From Candidatus Gottesmanbacteria bacterium GW2011_GWA2_43_14 (lineage in GTDB: Bacteria > Patescibacteriota > Microgenomatia > 2-02-FULL-39-11), in NCBI GenBank assembly GCA_000999095.1, contig LCFP01000005.1, forward strand, positions 36,945 to 100,944: DNA of 64,000 nucleotides, read 5' to 3'. Under the pieces are notes generated by a model, which saw only the letters and a program-made list of their open reading frames with translations, did not search any database and was not told the DNA's origin. Position 1 is the stretch's first letter. Each line of letters starts with the position of its first letter. A program made the position numbers and the translations under genes. This document shows, piece by piece, positions 38,329 through 47,477 of the stretch.

Positions 38329-39323
38329 TGAACCAAAGCATAAAAAATGTCCTGGTGACCGGGGGTGCGGGTTACGTAGGGGCAGTGCTTGTGCCTAAAT
38401 TATTAAAGGAAAGTTATAAAGTAAAAGTCCTGGATTTGTTTATCTACGGCAGAAATGTTTTGCCAAAACATAAAAATCTGATTGAGATAGTAGGGGATAT
38501 CAGGGACAGAAAGTTATTACAAAAAGAGCTTAAGGGAGTGGACGGTCTCATCCATTTGGCCGCCATCTCCAACGACCCGAGTTTTGACCTCGACCCCCGC
38601 TTGGGTAAATCAGTTAACTATAAGGCCAATAAACTGCTTACTGACCTTGCGGAAAAGGCCGGAGTAAAAAGATTCGTCTTCGTTTCAACTTCCTCCGTTT
38701 ACGGTATCAAAAAGGAAAAAAACGTGACAGAGGATTTGCCGCTTGAGCCTTTGACCGATTATTCCAAATACAAAGCCCTGTCGGAAAAATATGTGCTCAA
38801 AAAAAACAGCGGTGATTTTACCGTCCTGGCGATCCGGCCGGCGACCGTCTGCGGCTTCTCGCCCAGATTAAGGCTTGATTTGAGCGTCAATATGCTTACC
38901 GTTCAGGCTTTGGTCAATAAAAAAATTACGGTTTTCGGGGGCAGGCAGCTCCGTCCCAATATCCATATAGAAGACATAACCGATTTATACGTTGAATGCC
39001 TGAAATATCCCAAGACTCTTGTCGGAGGCCAGGTGTTCAATGCCGGATATGAGAATCTGTCCGTATCTTCAATTGCCCGTCTGGTCAAAAAAGTCCTGGC
39101 TGATCCGGACATTAAGATTACCGTAACAAAGTCCGCTGACAACCGTTCCTACCATATCAGTTCCGAAAAGATAGCCCGTATCCTCGGTTTCAGGCCGAAA
39201 CATACCGTTGAAGAAGCGATTTCGGATCTGGTTAATGCATTCCGGTCGGGACTGATGGAAAATCCGTTGGACAATGAAATGTATTACAATCTTAAATTGA
39301 TGAAAAAAATTAAATTAAACTGA
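38325..39323 (+). CDS. NAD-dependent epimerase/dehydratase (extended SDR)
   Basis: VLVTGGAGYVGAVLV and YSKYK motifs. Confidence 0.75.
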   Translation: MMNQSIKNVLVTGGAGYVGAVLVPKLLKESYKVKVLDLFIYGRNVLPKHKNLIEIVGDIRDRKLLQKELKGVDGLIHLAAISNDPSFDLDPRLGKSVNYKANKLLTDLAEKAGVKRFVFVSTSSVYGIKKEKNVTEDLPLEPLTDYSKYKALSEKYVLKKNSGDFTVLAIRPATVCGFSPRLRLDLSVNMLTVQALVNKKITVFGGRQLRPNIHIEDITDLYVECLKYPKTLVGGQVFNAGYENLSVSSIARLVKKVLADPDIKITVTKSADNRSYHISSEKIARILGFRPKHTVEEAISDLVNAFRSGLMENPLDNEMYYNLKLMKKIKLN

Positions 39324-39940
39324 TGGCTGATTCTGTCAAAAAAACCGTAGACCGGATCATCGGGAATTATATTTCGGAGTTGAAGCAGGCTTTGGACAGC
39401 CTTGACAGGGCTAGGATTCATAAGGCAGTCGGGATGATCCTGTCGGCTTATATAAACAACCGTAAAGTTTTTATCATGGGCAACGGCGGCAGCGCCGCCA
39501 ATGCCTCCCACTTTGCCTGCGATTTGTCCAAGAACACTTTGGAAAGAGTCGATGATAATAAGGAGAAGCGCTTTAAAGTTTATTCGCTGACCGATAATAC
39601 AGCCCTTTTGACGGCATTTGCCAATGATTTTTCCTTCGAAGACGTTTTCCTGCAGCAACTGAGGAACTTAATCGGGGCCAACGATGTCCTGATTGTTCTA
39701 TCAGGCAGCGGGCAGAGCAAAAATCTGATCAAAGCCGTAACATACGCCAAAAAACGCAGAGCCAAAATCATCGGCATACTCGGCTTTGTAACGGGCGGAA
39801 CCCTGGGCAAACTGGCAGATTGCCCCATCCTCATTCAGAGTAAAGCGTATGGCCCCTGTGAGGATATCCAACTGGTTTTAGACCATATAATAACCACATC
39901 CCTGTCAGTCATGAAAAAAAACCATGCAAAGAAAAAATAA
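39323..39940 (+). CDS. gmhA: Phosphoheptose (sedoheptulose-7-phosphate) isomerase, SIS domain
   Basis: GNGGSAANASHFACDL is a near-exact GmhA signature. Confidence 0.85.
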   Translation: MADSVKKTVDRIIGNYISELKQALDSLDRARIHKAVGMILSAYINNRKVFIMGNGGSAANASHFACDLSKNTLERVDDNKEKRFKVYSLTDNTALLTAFANDFSFEDVFLQQLRNLIGANDVLIVLSGSGQSKNLIKAVTYAKKRRAKIIGILGFVTGGTLGKLADCPILIQSKAYGPCEDIQLVLDHIITTSLSVMKKNHAKKK

Positions 39941-40922
39941 ACCATCATTTTATCACGGCAAAAATATCCTGATTACCGGCGGAGCAGGTTTTATCGGTTC
40001 CAGTCTGGCAATCAGATTGGCTGATGAAGGAGCCGAGCAGGTTTTAGTAGATGCCCTGATCCCCGGTTATGGAGGCAATCTTTTCAACTTAAATCCGGTA
40101 AAGGACCTGGTAAAAATCGTCAAAACAGACATCCGCAACCGGGAGAAAATGAACGGACTGGTCAAAGGCAGGGACATTATTTTTAACCTGGCAGGCACTC
40201 TTTCCCATGTCGACAGTATGACTGACCCGATGACTGATTTGGAAATTAACTGCCGGGCACAGCTGTCTTTCCTGGAATCAGTCAGGCATTTCAACCCGAC
40301 AACCAGAATCATCTATGCAGGGACCAGAAACCAGTACGGTAAAGCGCGGTATTTGCCTGTAGACGAAGACCATCCCCAGGAGCCGACCGATATCAACGGC
40401 ATAAACTCAATCGCCGCGGAAAAATACCACCTCATGTATACCCGGGTATACGGTATCAAGAGCGTATCCTTACGCATGAGCAATATTTACGGTCCGAGAC
40501 ACCAGATGAAGCATCCCCGCCAGGGCGTTTTAAATTATTTCCTCAGGCAAATCATGGACGGAAAGACAGTCCTGCTTTACGGTTCAGGCCAACAGGTGCG
40601 TGACGTAAATTACATTGACGATGTGGTTGAGGCTTTATATCTCGTTGGTCTCAGCAAAAACGGCTGGGGGCAGGCATATAATTTGGGCGGTATACCGCTT
40701 TCGCTTAAGGACTTCGTCAAGTACGCCATTGAAATTTACGGCAGGGGCAAAATGAAAGTCGTACCCTATCCGGCTGACAGGAAAAAGATAGAGATAGGGG
40801 ATTATCAGGCAAGTTGGGAGAAAATGCGCAAGACTTACGGCTGGCAGCCTGTTGTTTCTTTAAAGGAGGGGATTGCCAAAACTTTCGCTTACTACTCCAA
40901 ATACAAAAAATATTACTGGTAA
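39924..40922 (+). CDS. NAD-dependent epimerase/dehydratase (extended SDR)
   Basis: ILITGGAGFIGSSLA Rossmann motif; 332 aa. Confidence 0.7.
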   Translation: MQRKNKPSFYHGKNILITGGAGFIGSSLAIRLADEGAEQVLVDALIPGYGGNLFNLNPVKDLVKIVKTDIRNREKMNGLVKGRDIIFNLAGTLSHVDSMTDPMTDLEINCRAQLSFLESVRHFNPTTRIIYAGTRNQYGKARYLPVDEDHPQEPTDINGINSIAAEKYHLMYTRVYGIKSVSLRMSNIYGPRHQMKHPRQGVLNYFLRQIMDGKTVLLYGSGQQVRDVNYIDDVVEALYLVGLSKNGWGQAYNLGGIPLSLKDFVKYAIEIYGRGKMKVVPYPADRKKIEIGDYQASWEKMRKTYGWQPVVSLKEGIAKTFAYYSKYKKYYW

Positions 40923-42226
40923 GCCGGCCGCAGGAGGTATAAAACCGTCAGATAAGAAAAGACCTGTGAGATGCTTAAGACCCTGCCGAATTCACCGTAA
41001 TCAATAAAGACCGTCAGCAGTATATGATACAGTGCTAGCAGGGAAACAGCCAGCCATTTTGAACTGGCGGCGTTTTTTTTCCTGAAGAAACTCCGTACTT
41101 GCCAGAGAGCAATCGGGATAATAGCCAAGAGTGAATACTGTAAATATCTGTAAGTTTCATACAAAAAAATGATGCTCCGGTTTTCCCGGGTTCCGTGGGT
41201 ACTTAAAATAACTTCGTTATTGGCTTCAGTTATGCCGTATGGGATCTCCCTCAATGTTTTAGTTATATAGTCGGGAAAATTATGCAAAATCACCGATCTG
41301 ACCAGTGGCACCAGCTGGTTCATTTTTTCCTTTTTATCCCAATAGAAAGGCAGGGCAAAGTCCATAAACCTGAAAGGATGGGTTTCCCGGTTTTCAGCCA
41401 GGTATTGTTTTAGAAAGGGATAATAATAATTGTTGTTTGCCGGGCTTATATCCAATTTATAAATAATGATTTTACCTAGAAGTCCGATTTCTCCTGCCCG
41501 GGAAAGTCCGGTATAACCATAATTGAGAAAGTTCAGATATATATAACCGGCTGTCATCAAAGCGGCTGATAATAACCAGAGGAAACCGTGAAAAAGGAAT
41601 TTTTTGCCGTATCGCAGGAGAAGCAGCATTACAACCGGTAAAGGCAGGAGAAAGTAAACCGGTTTGGTCAGAAATAAAAGTGCAGCAACAAGCCCCATTA
41701 AAAAAAGCTTGGATGGCCGGTAAGAATTTAAAATCGACAGCAGAAGATTAGCAAACATCAAAACAATAAATCCGCATAAAGTTTCCGTCAGAAGCAGCCT
41801 TTCCATGGAAAAGACCATGATGTTTAGACCCATAAATAAGGCAAAGAAATAAGAGGCAGCCGGTGAAAATCCCAGCTTTTTGGCCAGACGAAAGGTTAAG
41901 AGGAGGGAAAGCAATCCGAGAAGGGATTGAGCCAGGATAACCACAGTCATATCCCGGTAGAAGGACGGAGAATAAATGGCTGTTTCAGGCCGGTTGTTTA
42001 GAAGTGCGGGCAGCATAAGGAAAAGCGGATAGAGGGGAGACCTTAAATCGTCTATCAATATCTGCCCCCCGATAATTTTTTGTCCCACCCGGTAGTAGCT
42101 GTCGGTGTCGGCATTGACAAAAATGTGGGGATAAGTTCTCCAGTAAATTAAACGGATTCCCGAAACCAAAAAAACAAAGAGCAGAAGAAAGGCAAATTTT
42201 TTTCTTCTTACTATTTTCCGAATCAT
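40913..42226 (-). CDS. Polytopic membrane protein, GT-C-like (DUF2029/GT87-like architecture)
   Basis: 437 aa with about 11 TM helices and an N-terminal loop carrying acidic residues (NADTDSYY). Confidence 0.45.
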   Translation of the reverse strand: MIRKIVRRKKFAFLLLFVFLVSGIRLIYWRTYPHIFVNADTDSYYRVGQKIIGGQILIDDLRSPLYPLFLMLPALLNNRPETAIYSPSFYRDMTVVILAQSLLGLLSLLLTFRLAKKLGFSPAASYFFALFMGLNIMVFSMERLLLTETLCGFIVLMFANLLLSILNSYRPSKLFLMGLVAALLFLTKPVYFLLPLPVVMLLLLRYGKKFLFHGFLWLLSAALMTAGYIYLNFLNYGYTGLSRAGEIGLLGKIIIYKLDISPANNNYYYPFLKQYLAENRETHPFRFMDFALPFYWDKKEKMNQLVPLVRSVILHNFPDYITKTLREIPYGITEANNEVILSTHGTRENRSIIFLYETYRYLQYSLLAIIPIALWQVRSFFRKKNAASSKWLAVSLLALYHILLTVFIDYGEFGRVLSISQVFSYLTVLYLLRPAYQ

Positions 42227-42304
42227 GATTGGTTGTAATATAGCAAAATTACCTGAAGAAAAATATATTTTACTTTGCCCGGGTATCTAGCTAGAATAGC
42301 AATA

Positions 42305-43399
42305 ATGATTCCGGTTTATGACGCCAAAAGGCAGTTAAAACAGTACCGCCGGGAATTCAACAGTGCCATTGAAAAGGTACTCGCTTCCGGGAATTTTATT
42401 TTAGGACCTTATGTTTCCAGATTCGAAAAGGAATTTGCGCAGTACCTGAATGTAAAATATGCGGTTGGCGTAGCATCAGGCACCGATGCCCTGCTGTTGA
42501 GTTTACTGTCTTTGGATATAAAACACGGGGACGAGGTCATTATGCCGGCCAACAGTTACCCGACTGCTTTTGCAGTGGCAGCCGCCGGCGCCCGGCCAAA
42601 GCTGGTTGATATCGACTCTTATTTCAATCTTGACGCGGATAAACTCGAAAAAGCCGTCACTTCCAAAACCCGGGCGGTTATTCCCGTCCATATGTACGGC
42701 AGGACGGCTGATATGGAAAAAATAATCAGTATTGCGGAAAAACACAAGTTGCCGGTAATTGAGGATTGTGCCCAGGCTCATGGTGGGCAATACAGGGGAA
42801 AAAAAGTAGGCACAATTGGAAATATCGGCTGTTTTTCCTTTTATCCGACAAAAAACCTGGGCGCATTCGGTGATGGCGGTATGGTCACAACCGACAACAG
42901 GGAGCTTTACCGGAAAATCCGCAGGCTGCGTTTATACGGAGAAGAGGAAAGATACAAAAGTATGCTTTTAGGGCGGATCAGCCGTTTGGACGAACTGCAG
43001 GCAGCTGTTCTCAACGTCAAGCTGAAATACCTGGACCAATGGAATGAAAGAAGGAGGCGGATAGCTGAAATTTACGAAACTTCCCTCAAGGACTGTCCGT
43101 GCCGCTTGCCCCGCCCGGGCACGCTGGATCATATTTACCATCTTTATGTCATCAGAACAGCCCAAAGAAACAGGCTGAAGAATTATTTAGCCGGGAAAGG
43201 TATTGCCACTGCCATACATTACCCCTTGCCGGTCCACCTGGTTTTCTCATTTAAATATCTGGGGTACAGAAAGGGGGATTTCCCCGAAAGCGAAAAAGCA
43301 GCCGCTGAGATTTTGACGCTGCCGATGTTTCCCGAGCTTAAGGATCAGGAGGTAAAACAAGTAGCTTTAAGTATCAGAAATTTCTTTCTTAAAAAATGA
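42305..43399 (+). CDS. DegT/DnrJ/EryC1/StrS-family PLP-dependent sugar aminotransferase (ArnB-like)
   Basis: GPYVSRFEKEFAQYLNVKYAVGVASGTDALLLSL and FSFYPTKNLGAFGDGG motifs. Confidence 0.85.
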   Translation: MIPVYDAKRQLKQYRREFNSAIEKVLASGNFILGPYVSRFEKEFAQYLNVKYAVGVASGTDALLLSLLSLDIKHGDEVIMPANSYPTAFAVAAAGARPKLVDIDSYFNLDADKLEKAVTSKTRAVIPVHMYGRTADMEKIISIAEKHKLPVIEDCAQAHGGQYRGKKVGTIGNIGCFSFYPTKNLGAFGDGGMVTTDNRELYRKIRRLRLYGEEERYKSMLLGRISRLDELQAAVLNVKLKYLDQWNERRRRIAEIYETSLKDCPCRLPRPGTLDHIYHLYVIRTAQRNRLKNYLAGKGIATAIHYPLPVHLVFSFKYLGYRKGDFPESEKAAAEILTLPMFPELKDQEVKQVALSIRNFFLKK

Positions 43400-44763
43400 T
43401 CAGAAAAATGCGGGCTGAGGACGCAGCACGGGTGGCGCAGATCCATTTTCAGGAAATAACCGGCTTCCTGCCCTCACTGGGAGCGGATTTTTTACGGAAG
43501 TTCTATCTCAACTCTTTAAAAGTACCGGGATTCATAGCCTTTGTGGCGATAGATGAGGGGAGGGTATTTGCTTTTATTACAGCCTGCCGGGTATCGAAAA
43601 ATTTCAGCCGATTGGCAGTCAGTCAGGATCCGTCCGGCTTTTTTTTCAGCCTGATTACCGTTCTTTTAAAAAATCCGCTTAAAATAATAAATTTGGTAAG
43701 GCTTCTGTCCTATAGAGGCTTTGCCCGCAAAGGCGCTGAACTTATATCCCTGGCAGTTGATAAAAAGTACCGGCGCCGGGGCACAGGCAGAAGCTTGTTC
43801 AAAAGGTTGGTAAAGGAGCTTAGGCAATCAAATATCAACAGTTTCCATATAAGCGTTTACGACGGCATGAAAGCAAACAGTTTTTACAGGAAAATGAACT
43901 GCCGGCTGTCGGACAGCTTTAATTTTTTAGGCAAAAAGATGAATGACTATCGGTATGGGCTGGCAGCCGGACGGAAACTGCGGGTAGTGCTTCTCAATTA
44001 TGACAGTTTATACGCCAACCCTGTTTTCCTGCCCCTCTTGGATATGGAAAAAATCGAAATCGTTGCGGTTTTCGATTCCGGCTGCATTCTATACGGAAAA
44101 AGCAATGCAAAAAGCCTTCTTTTTTTATGGAAAAGGCAGGGATACAAATATTTTCTTTTTAAAGCCTGCGACCAGATTGCCTACAGCCTGACGGGTTTAT
44201 GGCCTGCCCGGGGTGTCAGATTTATGAGGGAGATAAAAAAAAGAGATATTCCCATAATAAAAGTACGGGATGTCAATTCGGCTGAGTCGGTAGCAATGCT
44301 GTGCCGCCTTAAACCTGATCTGTTAATATCCTATTTCAACCAGATACTGAAAAAAGAGGTTTTGTCCGTGCCGAAGATAGCCTCTATCAATATCCATCCC
44401 GGATATCTGCCCGAGTTCCGGGGAGTGGCTTCCTCGTTTTGGGCAATGAAGAACAAATCGGCTTACGGCGGGGTCACTTTGCACCATATGAAGTTAAAAC
44501 TTGATGAAGGGGATATTATCTCAAAAGCAAAAGTCCCCATAAGTAATGAATCGCTTCACCGCCACAATTACCTCTGCTGCCGTATGGGAGGTTTGCTTAT
44601 GAGGGAGCTTTTGGGAAAAATTGAATCGGGCAGGAGCATTCCCGGGCAAATTCAGAAGGGCGGCAGTTACTATTCCTGGCCGCGGCCCCGGGATATCGAC
44701 GGTTTTCTGAAACAGGGTTTCTCTTTATTCAAACTCCGTGATCTTAAACTCTATTTTCAGTGA
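43396..44763 (+). CDS. Fusion of N-terminal GNAT acetyltransferase domain and C-terminal formyltransferase (Fmt/ArnA-N-like) domain
   Basis: GNAT motif A LAVDKKYRRRGTGRSL and formyltransferase SLLP motif INIHPGYLPEFRG. Confidence 0.7.
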   Translation: MIRKMRAEDAARVAQIHFQEITGFLPSLGADFLRKFYLNSLKVPGFIAFVAIDEGRVFAFITACRVSKNFSRLAVSQDPSGFFFSLITVLLKNPLKIINLVRLLSYRGFARKGAELISLAVDKKYRRRGTGRSLFKRLVKELRQSNINSFHISVYDGMKANSFYRKMNCRLSDSFNFLGKKMNDYRYGLAAGRKLRVVLLNYDSLYANPVFLPLLDMEKIEIVAVFDSGCILYGKSNAKSLLFLWKRQGYKYFLFKACDQIAYSLTGLWPARGVRFMREIKKRDIPIIKVRDVNSAESVAMLCRLKPDLLISYFNQILKKEVLSVPKIASINIHPGYLPEFRGVASSFWAMKNKSAYGGVTLHHMKLKLDEGDIISKAKVPISNESLHRHNYLCCRMGGLLMRELLGKIESGRSIPGQIQKGGSYYSWPRPRDIDGFLKQGFSLFKLRDLKLYFQ

Positions 44764-44778
44764 TAAACTCTATATAGA

Positions 44779-46272
44779 ATGCCAAAAATAAGTCCGGCCA
44801 AATCCATACAGTGGCTGATAATACTTGGTGCACTGGCGCTTTTTCTGTATTGGAAGTTTGATGTGGGCATCCGCCGTTATTTTGACGTCGATGAATTTGC
44901 CCATCTCCACTGGGGATATAATGTCCATCTGGGCAACAAGCCTTATCAGGACTTTTTTTACAATTTCCCGCCGTTTTTTCTTTACCCGATGGCCGCTATT
45001 TTTTCCGTGTTCGGCCGTACTGCCGCTTCATTGGTCGCGGCCAGAATACTGATGTTTATCGTATTTCTGATCGGCGCTTTTTTCCTGTTTCTCCTTTCAG
45101 CGCTTCTGAGAGGCTATTTTTTTGCCGCAGTCGCCACAACCGTCTTTATTTTTCTGCCTTTGCCTTACGATAAACTGGTTGAGGTCAGGCCTGATTTGCC
45201 TTCTTTGACTGCCGCATTAGCCGGTTTGTATTTTTTCATCCGGGGCAGGGAGGGAAAAAGCCGGAACAAGTTCTTTCTTTCAGGGTTGTTTTTTTCCTTA
45301 AGTTTGGCTCTGGTGCCGAAATCATTGTTTATGCTTTTGCCCCCTTTAATAATTTTCGGAATTGACTTGTTGCGGACGAAGGGAAAAGAGAGGATGTTCA
45401 TTCTGAAAAGTTTCCTGCCGTTTGCTTTGGGCATGCTGATTCCCGGAGTTTTTCTGGTTGTGCTTATTTTAAATACGGACAAACCGTTATTGGCGGTTTA
45501 CTCCATGAGCAGGTTGTCTGTCAATATCGCCAATTCCCTCTCAAGGCAATTTTATATGGCCCCCAACCTTTTTTTCTATCCCAATGACGCCTATTACAGT
45601 TTCGCGGGCTATAATCCTGTTTATTTTTCCAATCTGGCAATCTGGATAGGGGCGGCCATATACGGCATCTGGCAATTTCTGGTTTCATTCACCCTTGATG
45701 ATGAAAAGAAATCCCAGCGGCTGTTTTTATTGACCGGTGTTTTTTTGGCCAACCTGATAGGATTTATCCGTTTTTTTCCGTTGAAGCACGCCCAATACCT
45801 GATGCCTACCGCGCCGTTTGCCGCCTTGTTTTTTACCATGCTCTGGTTTGATTTTTGGCAGAAAACCATCCCGAAAAGATTTGTTCCCATAGCCACCGTC
45901 ACAGGAGTGGTGTTAATTTGCATCCTGGGTTTCAGGATGTACCGTGTCAAGAGGAACTGGACCAATGCCGGAACCCTGGCTAAATTAGAGAGAATACTCA
46001 ATAAATATCCTGCCGACAGCCCGATTTTCGACCTGACCGGCGAGACTGTTTTTTTCCCCGACGGCTATTATTTCTGCTGTCTGCCGTACGGGCAATATCA
46101 GCAGACTCTGCTTTTTGACTATCCGGCACTCGAGTACGACATGGATAAAAAAAATACCCTATATGTCCATGCAGGAATACCAGAACGGCTTAATGTAATT
46201 CCAGATATGCACCGTAAATATTTGGAGGATAATTTCCAATGGTCCGACGACGGCATGATGGAAAGAAAATAG
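44779..46272 (+). CDS. GT-C fold membrane glycosyltransferase, PMT/ArnT family
   Basis: First extracytoplasmic loop YFDVDEFAHLHWG (DE motif) and about 12 TM helices. Confidence 0.65.
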   Translation: MPKISPAKSIQWLIILGALALFLYWKFDVGIRRYFDVDEFAHLHWGYNVHLGNKPYQDFFYNFPPFFLYPMAAIFSVFGRTAASLVAARILMFIVFLIGAFFLFLLSALLRGYFFAAVATTVFIFLPLPYDKLVEVRPDLPSLTAALAGLYFFIRGREGKSRNKFFLSGLFFSLSLALVPKSLFMLLPPLIIFGIDLLRTKGKERMFILKSFLPFALGMLIPGVFLVVLILNTDKPLLAVYSMSRLSVNIANSLSRQFYMAPNLFFYPNDAYYSFAGYNPVYFSNLAIWIGAAIYGIWQFLVSFTLDDEKKSQRLFLLTGVFLANLIGFIRFFPLKHAQYLMPTAPFAALFFTMLWFDFWQKTIPKRFVPIATVTGVVLICILGFRMYRVKRNWTNAGTLAKLERILNKYPADSPIFDLTGETVFFPDGYYFCCLPYGQYQQTLLFDYPALEYDMDKKNTLYVHAGIPERLNVIPDMHRKYLEDNFQWSDDGMMERK

Positions 46273-46278
46273 TAAATT

Positions 46279-47460
46279 ATGAAGCGGATCCTGTTTTTCC
46301 TGCCACTGATAATATTTATATCGGTTTTGGCTGTCTATTTTTTTACCAATCAGGACACGGCAAATTTATTCCGCCATTTTGTTTTCATGGCCGATGCCTT
46401 TCTGCACGGCCGTTTCGACATTGCCAACCCTACTTATGACTTGGGCGACAGGGTAATTGTCAACAACAGGATTTACTTCCAGTTCGGACCGGCTCCTGCT
46501 ATTATCCTTCTCCCCCTGGTTTATATCTGGAAGACAAATGTAAGCCAGACGTATGTATCCATGCTATTCGGCGCTTTAAATTCAGTTCTGGTATATATTT
46601 TGTTGGGCCGGCTTAAAATTCCGGGCCTGGCAAAAAAACTGTTATTGACGGTATTTTTTGCCTTCGGAACAGTGCATTTTTCCTCAGCCGTCACAGGCAC
46701 CACCTGGTTTTTCGCTCACATCATTGCCGTCTTTTTTCTTCTTCTGGCACTTATTGAAAATTTCGGCAAAAAAAGGCCGTTTCTGATGGGATTGTTTTTC
46801 AGCATGGCCGTCTTCAGCCGGCAACCGACTTTTTTATGCCTGCCCTTTTTCCTGCTTTTTCTGAAGAAGGAAGCTCCATACCGGCTGTTTTTCAGGAAGT
46901 TTCTGTTGTTCTTTTTGGGTGCCCTGCCTCTTTTTCTTTTTGCCGCTTTCTATAATTTTGACCGCTTCGGCAATATTTTTGAAGACGGCCGGAATTATGT
47001 ATACAGGGAATATGTCAGCTCGTCCGCTCCTTACACTTTTATGCGCCAAGACAACCCGAACTTTGTTACGGGCATGGTGGACTGGCGTAATATTCCTCTT
47101 AACCTCTATACCTTGTTTTTAATGCCGCCTGTGACAACGCCCAGATTCCCCTATATTGCTCCTTCACCATACGGATTAAGCGTTATTCTGACCAGCCCGT
47201 TTTTCGTATATGCCCTTTGGGCGAAAAGAAACTTTCTGACAAAAGTCTCCTGGCTGGCGGTTGTGCTGATTGCCTTTTTTGATTTTCTTTGGTTTGGGCA
47301 GGGGTGGGTCCAGTTCGGCTACCGATATGTATTGGATTTTATTCCTTTTCTTATGATTCCTCTGGCATTCGGATTCAGAGATATATCCAAATTGAAGATT
47401 TTCCTGCTGTTTTGGTCTGTCATCATCAATACCTGGGGCGCTTATTATCTTAGAGTATAG
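46279..47460 (+). CDS. Polytopic membrane protein, GT-C-like (uncharacterised)
   Basis: 393 aa with more than 9 TM helices. Confidence 0.45.
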   Translation: MKRILFFLPLIIFISVLAVYFFTNQDTANLFRHFVFMADAFLHGRFDIANPTYDLGDRVIVNNRIYFQFGPAPAIILLPLVYIWKTNVSQTYVSMLFGALNSVLVYILLGRLKIPGLAKKLLLTVFFAFGTVHFSSAVTGTTWFFAHIIAVFFLLLALIENFGKKRPFLMGLFFSMAVFSRQPTFLCLPFFLLFLKKEAPYRLFFRKFLLFFLGALPLFLFAAFYNFDRFGNIFEDGRNYVYREYVSSSAPYTFMRQDNPNFVTGMVDWRNIPLNLYTLFLMPPVTTPRFPYIAPSPYGLSVILTSPFFVYALWAKRNFLTKVSWLAVVLIAFFDFLWFGQGWVQFGYRYVLDFIPFLMIPLAFGFRDISKLKIFLLFWSVIINTWGAYYLRV

Positions 47461-47477
47461 GGCAGGGGACATCATAT

